From NCBI GenBank assembly GCA_002842495.1, contig PHDB01000014.1:636-64635 (forward strand): a stretch of 64,000 bases of DNA. The letters run 5' to 3'. Positions 48,416 through 58,127 of the stretch are shown piece by piece; position 1 is the stretch's first letter, and every line of letters begins with the position of its first letter. Under the pieces are notes generated by a model, which was not told the origin of the DNA, made no database searches, and was given only the letters and a program-made list of their open reading frames with translations. The DNA comes from Bacteroidetes bacterium HGW-Bacteroidetes-6 (GTDB lineage Bacteria > Bacteroidota > Bacteroidia > Bacteroidales > DTU049). The position numbers and the translations under genes are program-made.

Positions 48416-49705
48416 TTATTGTTTATTCAGAATCATCTGCCAGGTACTACGCGACTTCTGTTCAAGAAGAATTTTACGTCCTGAGATAATACTGTCGGAA
48501 TTAATTCCGCTATAATGCCTGATGGTGACCAATTCAACCTGCTCGTTGTAGCGAACGGAATATAATTTACTCAAGTCCTCAAGCAAAACATTGAGGCGAG
48601 CCGGTTCGTAGTCGAAACAAACCGAAAAACTAATGGCACTATTCTGCATCAAGCGTACTTTGATGTTGTTTCGCGAAAACAAGGAAAATATTTCGCTGAT
48701 GTTTTTTTCGTTGATAAACGAAAAGTCGCGTGGAAACAACGAAAGCAACACCTGATTGAATTTGAAAATATACGAGGCCACTTTTTTGTCGTCGGTTCCA
48801 ACACGATCAATCAGTGTTCCTTCGCCGACCGGATTCAGAAACGACTTAACCCGAAGCGGAATGTTTTTGTTTTCGAGTGGCTTGATGGTTTTCGGATGAA
48901 TCACCGATGCGCCGTAATACGCAAGCTCAACGGCTTCGCGGTACGAAATATGTTCGAGTGTAACAGCTTCGGGCATTAATTTGGGATCGGCATTCATTAC
49001 TCCGGGAACATCTTTCCAAATCACCATTTCGGTCGCATTTAGACTGTAAGCAAAAATGGATGCTGAAAAATCGGATCCTTCGCGACCCAACGTTATGGGA
49101 GCGTTTTCGGCCGATTTGGCAATAAACCCCTGAGTAATCACAATGCATGGCTTTTCGTTGGCAAACCAGCTTCTGGCGCCTTCTGATATTTTATTTACTG
49201 TCAAATCCCAATCTACATAGGCATCGCGGTAGTTGTTGTCGGTAGCAATAAAATCACCGGCTTCGATATGTTGGGTTTCAAATCCGTTTTCTTGTAAATA
49301 GGCATTCAAGATGGTAGTAGCAATACGTTCGCCGAAATGCACAAGCCGATCGTAACTTTTGTCGTACGACAACTCTGGCTTTTCATCAATTGCTTTTGCG
49401 AGCTCCCCGAAAAGCTGATTGAATTCTCTGAAAACAATATGATTTTTATCGGTAAACAATTCGTCCAAAATAGAACTGTGGTAGTTTTTCAGTTCAGCGA
49501 TGCGCTGTATTGCATCTTTGTTGCTCCCACTCAAATACGATTGATGTATGCGCTCGAGGGCATTGGTGGTTTTACCCATGGCCGATAAAATTAAAACAGT
49601 CTGCTTACCGGCATACGATTTCAGAACAGATGCAACATTGCGTACCGCTGTGGCATCTTTCACCGATGCACCGCCGAATTTAAAAATCTGAATTTGAGAT
49701 GACAT
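48416..49705 (-). CDS. lysC: Aspartate kinase
   Basis: IFKFGGASV N-terminus, LGREGSDFSA motif and C-terminal ACT-like region. Start at the ATG at 49705. Confidence 0.9.
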   Translation of the reverse strand: MSSQIQIFKFGGASVKDATAVRNVASVLKSYAGKQTVLILSAMGKTTNALERIHQSYLSGSNKDAIQRIAELKNYHSSILDELFTDKNHIVFREFNQLFGELAKAIDEKPELSYDKSYDRLVHFGERIATTILNAYLQENGFETQHIEAGDFIATDNNYRDAYVDWDLTVNKISEGARSWFANEKPCIVITQGFIAKSAENAPITLGREGSDFSASIFAYSLNATEMVIWKDVPGVMNADPKLMPEAVTLEHISYREAVELAYYGASVIHPKTIKPLENKNIPLRVKSFLNPVGEGTLIDRVGTDDKKVASYIFKFNQVLLSLFPRDFSFINEKNISEIFSLFSRNNIKVRLMQNSAISFSVCFDYEPARLNVLLEDLSKLYSVRYNEQVELVTIRHYSGINSDSIISGRKILLEQKSRSTWQMILNKQ

Positions 49706-49732
49706 TGACACAGTTGTATGTTGTTTACAATG

Positions 49733-49740
49733 CAAATTTA
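49733..49740 (-). promoter_or_regulatory. -7 box (TAaaTTTG on the minus strand) for lysC
   Basis: TAnnTTTG match 27 nt upstream of the lysC ATG. Confidence 0.5.
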
Positions 49741-50004
49741 GCATTTATCGGGAATGTTAACCCAAACTGCAATTTTTTCAGGCGATTCCGAAAATATCGT
49801 AACCCGTACGATCCACGTCTGCTATACAGGCTTAAGGTGCCTGATAACTAAAATCGATTAACTTTGGAAAGGCAACAAAGTCTTTTTGACAAAATCAGAT
49901 CTTGAAATTCATTTCTGAATAATTCAGACAGCTACTTTATGTTGTCGGGAAAAGATGGTGAAAACAAGAGGACTGTCCGTCGTTCCCGATCTTGCCTTGA
50001 ACCA

Positions 50005-50035
50005 ACAAAAAAACCTCCGATTTCCGGAGGCTTTT
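50005..50035 (-). terminator. Rho-independent terminator of the tRNA-Val pair
   Basis: cctccg-gaaat-cggagg on the minus strand followed by ttttttt, directly 3' of tRNA-Val(GAC). Confidence 0.85.
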
Positions 50036-50037
50036 TG

Positions 50038-50112
50038 TGAGTCTTGGCGGATTCGAACCGCCGACCTCTTGCCTGTCAAGCAAGCGCTCTAAACCAGCTG
50101 AGCTAAAGACTC
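50038..50112 (-). tRNA. tRNA-Val (anticodon GAC), CCA not encoded
   Basis: Hand-folded cloverleaf: acceptor GAGTCTT/AAGACTC, D stem GCTC/GAGC, anticodon stem CTTGC/GCAAG with loop TTGACAG, T arm GGCGG-TTCGAAT-CCGCC. Confidence 0.9.
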
Positions 50113-50125
50113 GTTCTTCGTTCTC

Positions 50126-50203
50126 TGGTGGGCTGTACTGGATTCGAACCAGTGACCTCATGCGTGTGAAGCATGCGCTCTGAACCGACTGAGCTAACAA
50201 CCC
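50126..50203 (-). tRNA. tRNA-Val (anticodon CAC), CCA encoded
   Basis: Acceptor GGGTTGT/ACAGCCC (one G-U pair), anticodon stem CATGC/GCATG with loop TTCACAC, T arm ACTGG-TTCGAAT-CCAGT, 3' ACCA. Confidence 0.9.
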
Positions 50204-50219
50204 GATTAAATCGGGTGTG

Positions 50220-50227
50220 CAAAGATA
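50220..50227 (-). promoter_or_regulatory. -7 box (TAtcTTTG on the minus strand) for the tRNA pair
   Basis: TAnnTTTG match about 17 nt upstream of the tRNA-Val(CAC) 5' end. Confidence 0.5.
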
Positions 50228-50251
50228 AAATATTTTTCAATTTCACTGCAT

Positions 50252-51376
50252 TTATCCTTTCATCAACGAGGCAATAATTCCATCGGACAAAAGCTGCCCC
50301 GATCGACTGAGTGATAAGGAATTGCATTCGAGAACAAAATATTCCGGATTGCTGTGGTGTTCGATGTTTTTACGGAATTCGTCGACAGCTGCAACCCCAA
50401 ATTGCTTTTCCATTTCTCTGAACGAAATTCCTTCTGTTAATCGCAATCGCGTAAGCAAATACTCGTTGTATTTATCAGATGCGCTCAGTATTTCGCAATC
50501 GAAAGGAATTTTGCCTTTTTCGGCACCTTTCATATATGCGATCAAATCCGAATTATTCCATCTTCGTTTTTTACCATCGAACGAATGAGCCGACGGGCCA
50601 AGACCAATATAGGGCGCACCTTTCCAATAAGAGCCATTGTGAACCGATTCGAATCCCGGAATGCAAAAATTACTGATTTCGTATTGAATAAAACCCATCT
50701 CTTCGGCTTTTTCACAGCTTTTTAGATACATTTCGGCCTGAAAATCTTCGACAATATTATCCGATTTTCCCTGTAAAATATGTTTATTCAAGGCAGTTCC
50801 TTCTTCCACGGTGAGTGAGTACATCGACAAGTGTTGAATTCGCATTTCAGCGGCCATTTCAATGTTGTTCATCATTATTTCAAGAGTAGAACCCGGAATT
50901 CCATGAATAAAATCGATACTGATATTGTTAAATCCGGCTTTTTGAGCTTCTTCGATGGCTGTTTTGGCCTTCGATGCATTGTGCCGACGTCCGAGATATT
51001 GCAAATCGTTGTCCGAAAACGATTGTACTCCAATACTAAGCCGATTAATTCCCATGAGGAGCCATGCTTGCAGTTTTTCGCTGCTAATATCGTCGGGGTT
51101 AGCCTCGAGGGTTATTTCAGCTTCCGGAGAAATTGTAAAATACTTTTTGATTCCACTTAGCATCAGTTCAATCTCTGATGTTTCCGGAAACGATGGAGTT
51201 CCTCCTCCAAAATATACTGTCCGTATCGGATTATTGTATTCGGCACTTCGCAACCTGGCTTCAACAAGCACTGCTTGCGCAAAACTGCTGTGCCATTTGC
51301 GCGTTGCCAGCGAGAAAAAGTCGCAATACGGACATTTTGTTGCACAAAAGGGAATATGGATGTATAGATGCGACAA
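50252..51376 (-). CDS. hemW: Radical SAM heme chaperone HemW (HemN-like)
   Basis: LYIHIPFCATKCPYCDF (CxxxCxxC) N-terminus; 374 aa. The apparent start is TTG. Confidence 0.9.
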   Translation of the reverse strand: MSHLYIHIPFCATKCPYCDFFSLATRKWHSSFAQAVLVEARLRSAEYNNPIRTVYFGGGTPSFPETSEIELMLSGIKKYFTISPEAEITLEANPDDISSEKLQAWLLMGINRLSIGVQSFSDNDLQYLGRRHNASKAKTAIEEAQKAGFNNISIDFIHGIPGSTLEIMMNNIEMAAEMRIQHLSMYSLTVEEGTALNKHILQGKSDNIVEDFQAEMYLKSCEKAEEMGFIQYEISNFCIPGFESVHNGSYWKGAPYIGLGPSAHSFDGKKRRWNNSDLIAYMKGAEKGKIPFDCEILSASDKYNEYLLTRLRLTEGISFREMEKQFGVAAVDEFRKNIEHHSNPEYFVLECNSLSLSRSGQLLSDGIIASLMKG

Positions 51377-51538
51377 GCGAAGCCAAGGTTTTAAGTTAGC
51401 TAATGTAGTGAAAATATTGAAATTGCGTTTGCGGATTCTAAAATTCGCATGTCATTGTGTATTTTGTTAACTAACGCCAAGATGTTATACGCAATGCGAA
51501 AGTTTTCTAGTGGATTCTAGGGAAAAGTAGCCTTTGAT

Positions 51539-52225
51539 TTACTGTTTTTGAATAAAAATACAATTCTTGCTTTCAGTTTTTTCTTTTATTTTGTCGAAAT
51601 TATTTTTTAAGCGATGTCCAATGAAAACTAGTGAAAGCACATTTGAACAATAGTCAATAAGCGCCTCGTTAATTTTAATCTTTTGCAATAATTTTAGTTT
51701 TTCCTTATCGTAAATTATTTCTTTTTGAGGATATTTTGTCCCCGCGTAGGAGTGTCTAAAATATTTGAACTCAAGGGCAAATAGGAGAATTGGTTCATTG
51801 TATTCTTTTTGAAACAACTCATATTGCTCTCCAAACTCAACTATATATTTAGAATACAGTTTATAGCCTAACCCAGTAATATATTTTGTGCTTTTTTTAT
51901 TTTCAGATATCCAATCAATGAAATTTGGGTTAAGAAGTACCAAATCAACATGACTCCTCATTTTATTACTGTTGTTTGGAGCTAACTCAATATATGGTTC
52001 ACTGTTCAATTGACTGCATTTAAAAGGTGTCGGATATTCAGTGTGTATAAGATTGAGCCCTGAACTAGTAATAAACAAATCTGATTTCAAACATAAATGA
52101 TAGAAATACGAGTGTATCTCCTTTTCAGTAAAAAAGAAATCATTATTAGAGGTTTTATAAGTGTCAATAAGTGTCTTGACAATCGCCTCGATATCACAAA
52201 TTAATTTTTCAATATTGTGTCTCAT
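51539..52225 (-). CDS. Hypothetical protein with PD-(D/E)xK nuclease-like motifs, inside a low-GC islet
   Basis: Ordered motifs EKEIHSYFY, HTEYP, SHVDLVLL (D) and LFALEFKYF (ExK). No other recognisable domain. Confidence 0.45.
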   Translation of the reverse strand: MRHNIEKLICDIEAIVKTLIDTYKTSNNDFFFTEKEIHSYFYHLCLKSDLFITSSGLNLIHTEYPTPFKCSQLNSEPYIELAPNNSNKMRSHVDLVLLNPNFIDWISENKKSTKYITGLGYKLYSKYIVEFGEQYELFQKEYNEPILLFALEFKYFRHSYAGTKYPQKEIIYDKEKLKLLQKIKINEALIDYCSNVLSLVFIGHRLKNNFDKIKEKTESKNCIFIQKQ

Positions 52226-52329
52226 AGTATAGCTAATTAGCTGACTAAACAGAAACGTTAAACACGCCTCATCACCTCATCGCTGCTACTCCTCAACACT
52301 GAAAACTGACTACTCACAACTGATTACTC

Positions 52330-54228
52330 TTAATACGCTCTCTCGTTCCGTCCTTCAATAAAATTGATAAACGATTGTGTAACAACTTTATTTCCACCGG
52401 CTGTGGGATAATTGCCAGTAAAATACCAATCTCCTGTTGAGTGTGGAAGCGCAAGGTGTAGATTTTCAATGCTTTGGAAAACAACTGAAATGCGTGCATT
52501 GGTGCCAGCAGGTGTTACCATGGCTGCAATTTTTTCCGAAATCATGTCAGGTGTAAATGGCTTGTATATTTTCTTTACATGGTTTATCATTTGCGCGGTT
52601 GGCAGCGTAATCTGATCTTTACAGAGACGATATACTTCATCAATTATATGTGTCTGTTTTGTATCATGGAGCAATTCGATGGCTGCTTTAAACGCAATAA
52701 AGTCGCCTAATTTGGCCATATCGATTCCATAACAATCGGGATATCGAATCTGAGGTGCCGACGAAGCTATCACAATGCTTTTGGGTTCGAGTCGGTCAAG
52801 CATTTTCACGATACTTTGCTTTAGTGTTGTTCCCCGAACAATGGAATCGTCGATAACGACCAGATTATCGGTTCCCGACTTCACAATTCCGTAGGTGACA
52901 TCGTAAATATGGGTCACCAGGTCGTCGCGCTCTTTGTCGGTAGTAATGAAGGTTCGAAGTTTCATGTCTTTCACAGCTACCGTTTCGGCCCGGGGATGCA
53001 ACGACAAAATCTGATCGATGGCTTCGGGTGTTGGATCGGAAAGCGACATGATTTTTTCGCGTTTCACTTTGTCGGTAAAGTCGAGCAGCGATGCATAAAG
53101 TCCCATGAAAGCAACAATGGCCGTATTGGGGATGTATGAAAACACAGAGTTTTCAATATCATGATCAATGGCATCGAGTACCTGAGGTGCAAGTAAACGG
53201 CCTAGTTTTTTACGTTCGCGATAAATCTGACTATCAGTTCCTCGCGAAAAATAGATATGTTCGAACGAACAGAAACGTTCTTCTTTGGGGTCGAGAATTT
53301 TCTCAATCGACCATGTTCCGTCTTTTTTTACAATCAGAGCGTAGCCTGGAGGAATCTCATTGATTTTTTCAACCGGAATATTGAATGCGGTTTGAATAAC
53401 CGGACGTTCGGATGTGGCAACCACAATATCGTCGTCGGCATAATAGAAGGCTGGACGAATTCCCGATGGATCGCGTAAAATAAAGCTGTCACCATGACCA
53501 ATCATTCCAGCAAGTACATAACCTCCATCCCAAATGGCAGCGGCCTTTTTCAAAACTTCGGCAATGTTGAGTTCGCTCGAAATGCGTTCCGAAATTTCAA
53601 CCCTTGATAATCCCTCGGCTTTGTATTTTTGATAAAGTTTGTCGTTTTCCTCGTCGAGATAGTAGCCTATTTGTTCAAGAATGGTAATAGTATCGCTGGT
53701 TTCAACCGGGTGTTGACCCATTTGAATAAGCTTATTGAACAGCGCCTCCGAATTGGTCATGTTGAAATTACCCGCCAAAATCAGATTTCGTGTTTTCCAA
53801 TTGTTGTAGCGTATGTGTGGGTGAACCGTTTTAATATCGTTTTTGCCAAAAGTTCCATAACGCAAGTGCCCAAGAAACACCTCTCCGGTAAAAGGTGTAT
53901 TTTCCTTGAGATAACCCAAATCGAAATAACGGGGCGAATTTGAATTTTTCAACTCTTTAACGGGAGAAAAGGCCTGATTGAAGACATCGATAATCGGCGA
54001 TGATGTATTGCTGCGTTGCCGGTCGATATAGGGTTTTCCGGGGGGCATATCAAGCTTCACCGAAGCCAATCCGGCACCGTCCTGCCCACGGTTATGCTGT
54101 TTTTCCATCAACAGATACATTTTTTGCAGGGCATAAACCGGGTTACCATGTTTCGAGAGGTAATGCTCTGTTGGTTTACGGAGTCGCAGGAAAGCAATCC
54201 CGCATTCATGCTTGATAGCATCGCTCAT
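52330..54228 (-). CDS. purF: Amidophosphoribosyltransferase (long class II form)
   Basis: N-terminal ..HECGIAF (Ntn Cys) and PRPP motif LVVIDDSIVRGTT; 632 aa. Confidence 0.92.
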   Translation of the reverse strand: MSDAIKHECGIAFLRLRKPTEHYLSKHGNPVYALQKMYLLMEKQHNRGQDGAGLASVKLDMPPGKPYIDRQRSNTSSPIIDVFNQAFSPVKELKNSNSPRYFDLGYLKENTPFTGEVFLGHLRYGTFGKNDIKTVHPHIRYNNWKTRNLILAGNFNMTNSEALFNKLIQMGQHPVETSDTITILEQIGYYLDEENDKLYQKYKAEGLSRVEISERISSELNIAEVLKKAAAIWDGGYVLAGMIGHGDSFILRDPSGIRPAFYYADDDIVVATSERPVIQTAFNIPVEKINEIPPGYALIVKKDGTWSIEKILDPKEERFCSFEHIYFSRGTDSQIYRERKKLGRLLAPQVLDAIDHDIENSVFSYIPNTAIVAFMGLYASLLDFTDKVKREKIMSLSDPTPEAIDQILSLHPRAETVAVKDMKLRTFITTDKERDDLVTHIYDVTYGIVKSGTDNLVVIDDSIVRGTTLKQSIVKMLDRLEPKSIVIASSAPQIRYPDCYGIDMAKLGDFIAFKAAIELLHDTKQTHIIDEVYRLCKDQITLPTAQMINHVKKIYKPFTPDMISEKIAAMVTPAGTNARISVVFQSIENLHLALPHSTGDWYFTGNYPTAGGNKVVTQSFINFIEGRNERAY

Positions 54229-54320
54229 AGCTGGAGAATGTTTGCTGCAAAATTACTCAAATTTGGGAGAATATCAATGATGGATTTATGCATTTGCTTC
54301 GGCTGTTTGCAATTAAACAG

Positions 54321-54328
54321 TAACTTTG
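54321..54328 (+). promoter_or_regulatory. -7 box (TAacTTTG) abutting the listed mrdA ATG
   Basis: The box ends 2 nt before the ATG at 54330, so the real start may be the ATG at 54345. Confidence 0.4.
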
Positions 54329-54329
54329 C

Positions 54330-56174
54330 ATGACCATACCAGTTATGTCGGCGTATAATAAATTTTCTCACCGGAAAGTCTTTTTCTTTTTCCTGTTTTC
54401 TTTTACGGGGTTGGCTTTTATTACCCGCCTTTTTTATATTCAAATAGTAGACGACAAGTATAAGGTTTCGGCCGAGAAGAATGCATTGCGCTATATCTAC
54501 GATTATCCAGCGCGCGGATTGATTTACGACAGATTTGGAAAATTGATGGTGTACAACAAGGCAACATTCGATTTAATGGTGATTCCACGTGAAATTGAAA
54601 AACTAGATACTACAGGACTTTGCGAATTGCTTGGAATCGACAGAGAAGAATTCGACAAGCGACTCAAAAAAGCAAAAGACTATTCGGGCTATCAACCTAC
54701 TATTTTCGACAGCGATTTGCCTGCAATTACCTACAGTCGTTTTCAGGAGCAGCAATATCGCTTCAAGGGATTTTATGTTCAGGGTCGCACTATACGTACT
54801 TATCCAATGCCTATAGCAGCACATACTTTGGGCTATATCGGCGAAGCTTCTCCGGTCGTAGTTGAGGCCGATAAATACTATCGACCTGGCGATTATATTG
54901 GCATCAATGGACTCGAAAAATCGTACGAAAAAGAATTACGCGGTCAAAAGGGACTCCGAGTTGTAGTGGTTGATGTTTTCAACGCTGTGCAAGGAAGCTA
55001 TCAGGATGGTGAATACGATCATACCTCGGTTGCCGGCAAAGACCTTTTTACAACAATTGATGCAGAGCTTCAAATGTATGGCGAAAGTCTGATGATGAAT
55101 AAGCGTGGTGGAATTGTGGCCATTGAACCATCCACAGGCGAAGTGCTTGCTATTGTGAGTAGCCCATCGTACGATCCGAACTTACTTGTTGGACGCGACC
55201 GCTCGAAAAATTATATCGCTCTGCAAAATGATGTCGAAAATCACCCACTCTACAACCGAACAATCATGACTCGCTATCCTCCCGGAAGCACTTTCAAGGT
55301 TGTAAACGGACTTGCAGGTTTGCAAGAAGGAATTCTAGACGAAAAAACCGCATTCCCATGTTTCGGAGGTTATTCGCTCGGCAATCATACTGTTGGCTGT
55401 CATAGTCATCCAAGTCCACTCAATATTCGAGCAGCTGTTCAGTATTCCTGTAACACGTGGTTTTGTTGGGCATTTAAAAAGTTTGTCGATAATGACCGCT
55501 TTTCTTCCTCGCGCGAGGGGTACGACCGTTGGCGGAAATATATAATGAAACTCGGTTTTGGTCATCCACTTGGCATCGATTTACCAAACGAATTTGGAGG
55601 AAATGTTTCAGAGGTTGATTACTACGACAAAATGAAAGGCAATAAACAATGGCGAGCCAATTCCATTGTCTCAATTGCGATTGGGCAAGGCGAAATTGGC
55701 GCAACGCCACTACAGTTGGCAAATCTCACAGCTATCATTGCAAACCGAGGCTACTATATTACACCTCACGTTGTGAAGGCAATTGGGAGTGCCGATAGTT
55801 TGAACACAAAATACATGCAACGTCACGAAACAGGCATCGACCCTAAATACTACGAAATTGTTATCGATGGAATGGAAATGGCTGTTTTAAGTGGAACAGC
55901 CACTAATGCACAGATTCCTGGGCTTACTGTTTGCGGAAAAACCGGAACAGCACAAGATCCGCCGCGCAAGAACCACTCGGTTTTTATTTGTTTTGCTCCT
56001 CGGGTCAATCCAAAAATTGCCGTGGCTGTACTTATCGAAAATTCAGGATATGGTGGCGATTGGGCGGCTCCTGTAGCCTCCTTGATGATAGAGTATTTTA
56101 TCAATAGAAAAGTTGAACGAAAAGATGTTGAATACCGCATGATGAATGCTGTTTTGCTTAATACAAAAAAATGA
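54330..56174 (+). CDS. mrdA: Penicillin-binding protein 2 (elongasome transpeptidase)
   Basis: N-terminal TM ..TRLFYIQIV, PPGSTFK (SxxK), SCN and KTGTA motifs. Confidence 0.92.
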   Translation: MTIPVMSAYNKFSHRKVFFFFLFSFTGLAFITRLFYIQIVDDKYKVSAEKNALRYIYDYPARGLIYDRFGKLMVYNKATFDLMVIPREIEKLDTTGLCELLGIDREEFDKRLKKAKDYSGYQPTIFDSDLPAITYSRFQEQQYRFKGFYVQGRTIRTYPMPIAAHTLGYIGEASPVVVEADKYYRPGDYIGINGLEKSYEKELRGQKGLRVVVVDVFNAVQGSYQDGEYDHTSVAGKDLFTTIDAELQMYGESLMMNKRGGIVAIEPSTGEVLAIVSSPSYDPNLLVGRDRSKNYIALQNDVENHPLYNRTIMTRYPPGSTFKVVNGLAGLQEGILDEKTAFPCFGGYSLGNHTVGCHSHPSPLNIRAAVQYSCNTWFCWAFKKFVDNDRFSSSREGYDRWRKYIMKLGFGHPLGIDLPNEFGGNVSEVDYYDKMKGNKQWRANSIVSIAIGQGEIGATPLQLANLTAIIANRGYYITPHVVKAIGSADSLNTKYMQRHETGIDPKYYEIVIDGMEMAVLSGTATNAQIPGLTVCGKTGTAQDPPRKNHSVFICFAPRVNPKIAVAVLIENSGYGGDWAAPVASLMIEYFINRKVERKDVEYRMMNAVLLNTKK

Positions 56175-57433
56175 ATCAACTCGAAGCAAGAAGCGGAAAA
56201 ATAGACTTCGGGGTGCTTTTTGTAATCCTCGCACTAATGGCAATAGGTTGGCTTAGTATTTTTGCGACAAGCTACCAAGAAGGCAACTTTGGTCTGTTCG
56301 ATTTTTCGTATGCATATGGTCGTCAATCGGTATGGATTCTTAGCTCATTGATTTTAGGACTTATGATTATGATTGTTGATGTTCGTTTTCTGCCCCGAAT
56401 GTCATTTTCTGTATTTGTCGGAGTGCTGGGCTTGCTTTTGTTGGTTCTTGCTTTGGGAACGGTTATTTCCGGCAGCCGTTCGTGGATCGACTTGGGTGCT
56501 GGCGTTCGCTTGCAGCCTGCCGAATTTGCAAAATACGGCGCGGCTTTGTTTTTTGCAAAATACCTGAGTGTACCTGGTGTTTCGTTCGACAACACAACCC
56601 ACCGACGCAACTTGTTGCTTATTGTACTTATTCCCGCATTGCTGGTGTTTTTTCAGGGCGATACCGGCTCGGCTATAGTGTTTGGCTCTTTTATTCTGAT
56701 TTTTTACAGAATAGGGATGCCCGGATTCTATGTTTTTCTGGTGTTTTACATTGCCGCTTTGTTTGTGGCAACATTGCTGATAAAGCAGTTTGTTCTTTTG
56801 CTGTTGTTGCTGGCGGCGTTTTCGGCTCTCATATATTTGTCACGAAACAAACGAACCGAAATTATTCGTTTTTTGCTTATGTTCTTTATGTCGGCGGTAT
56901 TTATTGTTAGTGTAAACTATATTTTCAGCGAAGTACTCAAGCCTCATCAAAAAGATCGGATTAATGTGCTGATAGGCAAAGAATATAATCCGCGAGGTTC
57001 AGCTTTTAATGTAAATCAGTCGCTTATCGCTATTGGATCGGGTGGATTCGAAGGAAAAGGATTTCTGCAGGGAACACAAACCAAATATAATTTTGTTCCG
57101 GAGCAAAGCACTGATTTTATTTTTTGTACTGTCGGAGAGGAATGGGGTTTTGTTGGTAGTTCAATAACGGTGCTTTTGTTTGTTTTTGTGCTGATTCGTT
57201 TAATTATTTTGGCTGAAAAACAACGTTCCGAATTCAGTAAATACTATATCTATTCTGTTGCCGCCATTGTTTTTGTACATTTTCTGGTCAATATAGGAAT
57301 GACCATTGCCGTTATTCCGGTTATTGGAATTCCACTACCGTTTGTAAGCTACGGAGGTTCGGCCATGTGGGCATTCACCCTTATGCTGTTTACGGTACTT
57401 AAACTCAACATGCATCGAAATTCGGTGCTGTAG
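56171..57433 (+). CDS. rodA: Rod shape-determining protein RodA (SEDS family)
   Basis: 10-TM SEDS layout with QPAEFAK, PEQSTDFIF and GIPLPFVSYGGS motifs. ATGA overlap with mrdA. Confidence 0.92.
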   Translation: MNQLEARSGKIDFGVLFVILALMAIGWLSIFATSYQEGNFGLFDFSYAYGRQSVWILSSLILGLMIMIVDVRFLPRMSFSVFVGVLGLLLLVLALGTVISGSRSWIDLGAGVRLQPAEFAKYGAALFFAKYLSVPGVSFDNTTHRRNLLLIVLIPALLVFFQGDTGSAIVFGSFILIFYRIGMPGFYVFLVFYIAALFVATLLIKQFVLLLLLLAAFSALIYLSRNKRTEIIRFLLMFFMSAVFIVSVNYIFSEVLKPHQKDRINVLIGKEYNPRGSAFNVNQSLIAIGSGGFEGKGFLQGTQTKYNFVPEQSTDFIFCTVGEEWGFVGSSITVLLFVFVLIRLIILAEKQRSEFSKYYIYSVAAIVFVHFLVNIGMTIAVIPVIGIPLPFVSYGGSAMWAFTLMLFTVLKLNMHRNSVL

Positions 57434-57443
57434 TAAGGCAATC

Positions 57444-58013
57444 ATGATTGAAACAAAGCGACTTTTTATTGCCATTCCTGTTTTGCCCAGCCAATCGATG
57501 CTTGACGAATTGGCGAAAATCAGAAACGCCTTGTCTTCTGACTCAATCAAATGGATTGCACCCAATCAGTTTCATTTAACCCTGAAATACATCGGAGAAA
57601 CGCCTGTTTCAAAAATGGAATCGATTGAAAGAGCAATGAAAAATGCATTTCTGGATATAAAAAGGTTCGACGTTAGCCTTGAATCGCTGAAGATATTCGG
57701 GTCGGAATACAAACCCAGGATTCTCTGGACTCGTTTTTGTCCATCAGAAACTGCTACAGATCTTTTTGAAAAGTTAAAAACAGAAATGGAGGGCATTGGC
57801 TACGAATACGACCGGCAGAATTTTGTACCTCACATTACATTAGGCCGAATAAACACTATTCACAATCGCCATTTGTTGAAGAAACTAACAGATAATTATG
57901 AACATTTTTGTTTTGCAAGAACTATTGCAAGCGAAGTAGTGCTTTATGAAAGTGTACTGAAATTTTCTGAACCGGAATACAAAAACTGGTTTAGCCTATC
58001 ACTTATTCAGTAG
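57444..58013 (+). CDS. thpR: RNA 2',3'-cyclic phosphodiesterase (2H family, LigT/ThpR)
   Basis: Two HxT motifs, FHLTLKY and PHITLGR. Confidence 0.85.
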   Translation: MIETKRLFIAIPVLPSQSMLDELAKIRNALSSDSIKWIAPNQFHLTLKYIGETPVSKMESIERAMKNAFLDIKRFDVSLESLKIFGSEYKPRILWTRFCPSETATDLFEKLKTEMEGIGYEYDRQNFVPHITLGRINTIHNRHLLKKLTDNYEHFCFARTIASEVVLYESVLKFSEPEYKNWFSLSLIQ

Positions 58014-58127
58014 GTTTTTGGCGATTTCTGTTTGTCTGGAATCCCGGAAAAACACTTCTTGTATCTTTCTTCATCCCCCAAAATTGGATAAAATTCATGA
58101 TCGGTTGTTCCATATTTCAGGTTTTTG

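Noticed and set aside
49706-50004. Lysine riboswitch (L-box) upstream of lysC.
   Set aside because: A good -7 box sits only 27 nt from the ATG, and I could not find the conserved L-box core elements by eye. Only an Infernal scan would settle it.
49937-50327. Listed ORFs 49937-50200 and 50103-50327 on the minus strand.
   Set aside because: They run through the two tRNA-Val genes and their terminator, so they are artefacts of the ORF caller.
51397-52237. The 8-bp direct repeat TAGCTAAT (51397-51404 and 52230-52237) flanking the low-GC islet, as a possible target-site duplication.
   Set aside because: An 8-mer match between two AT-rich flanks of about 100-150 nt is not unlikely by chance. No terminal inverted repeats or transposase/integrase gene are present.
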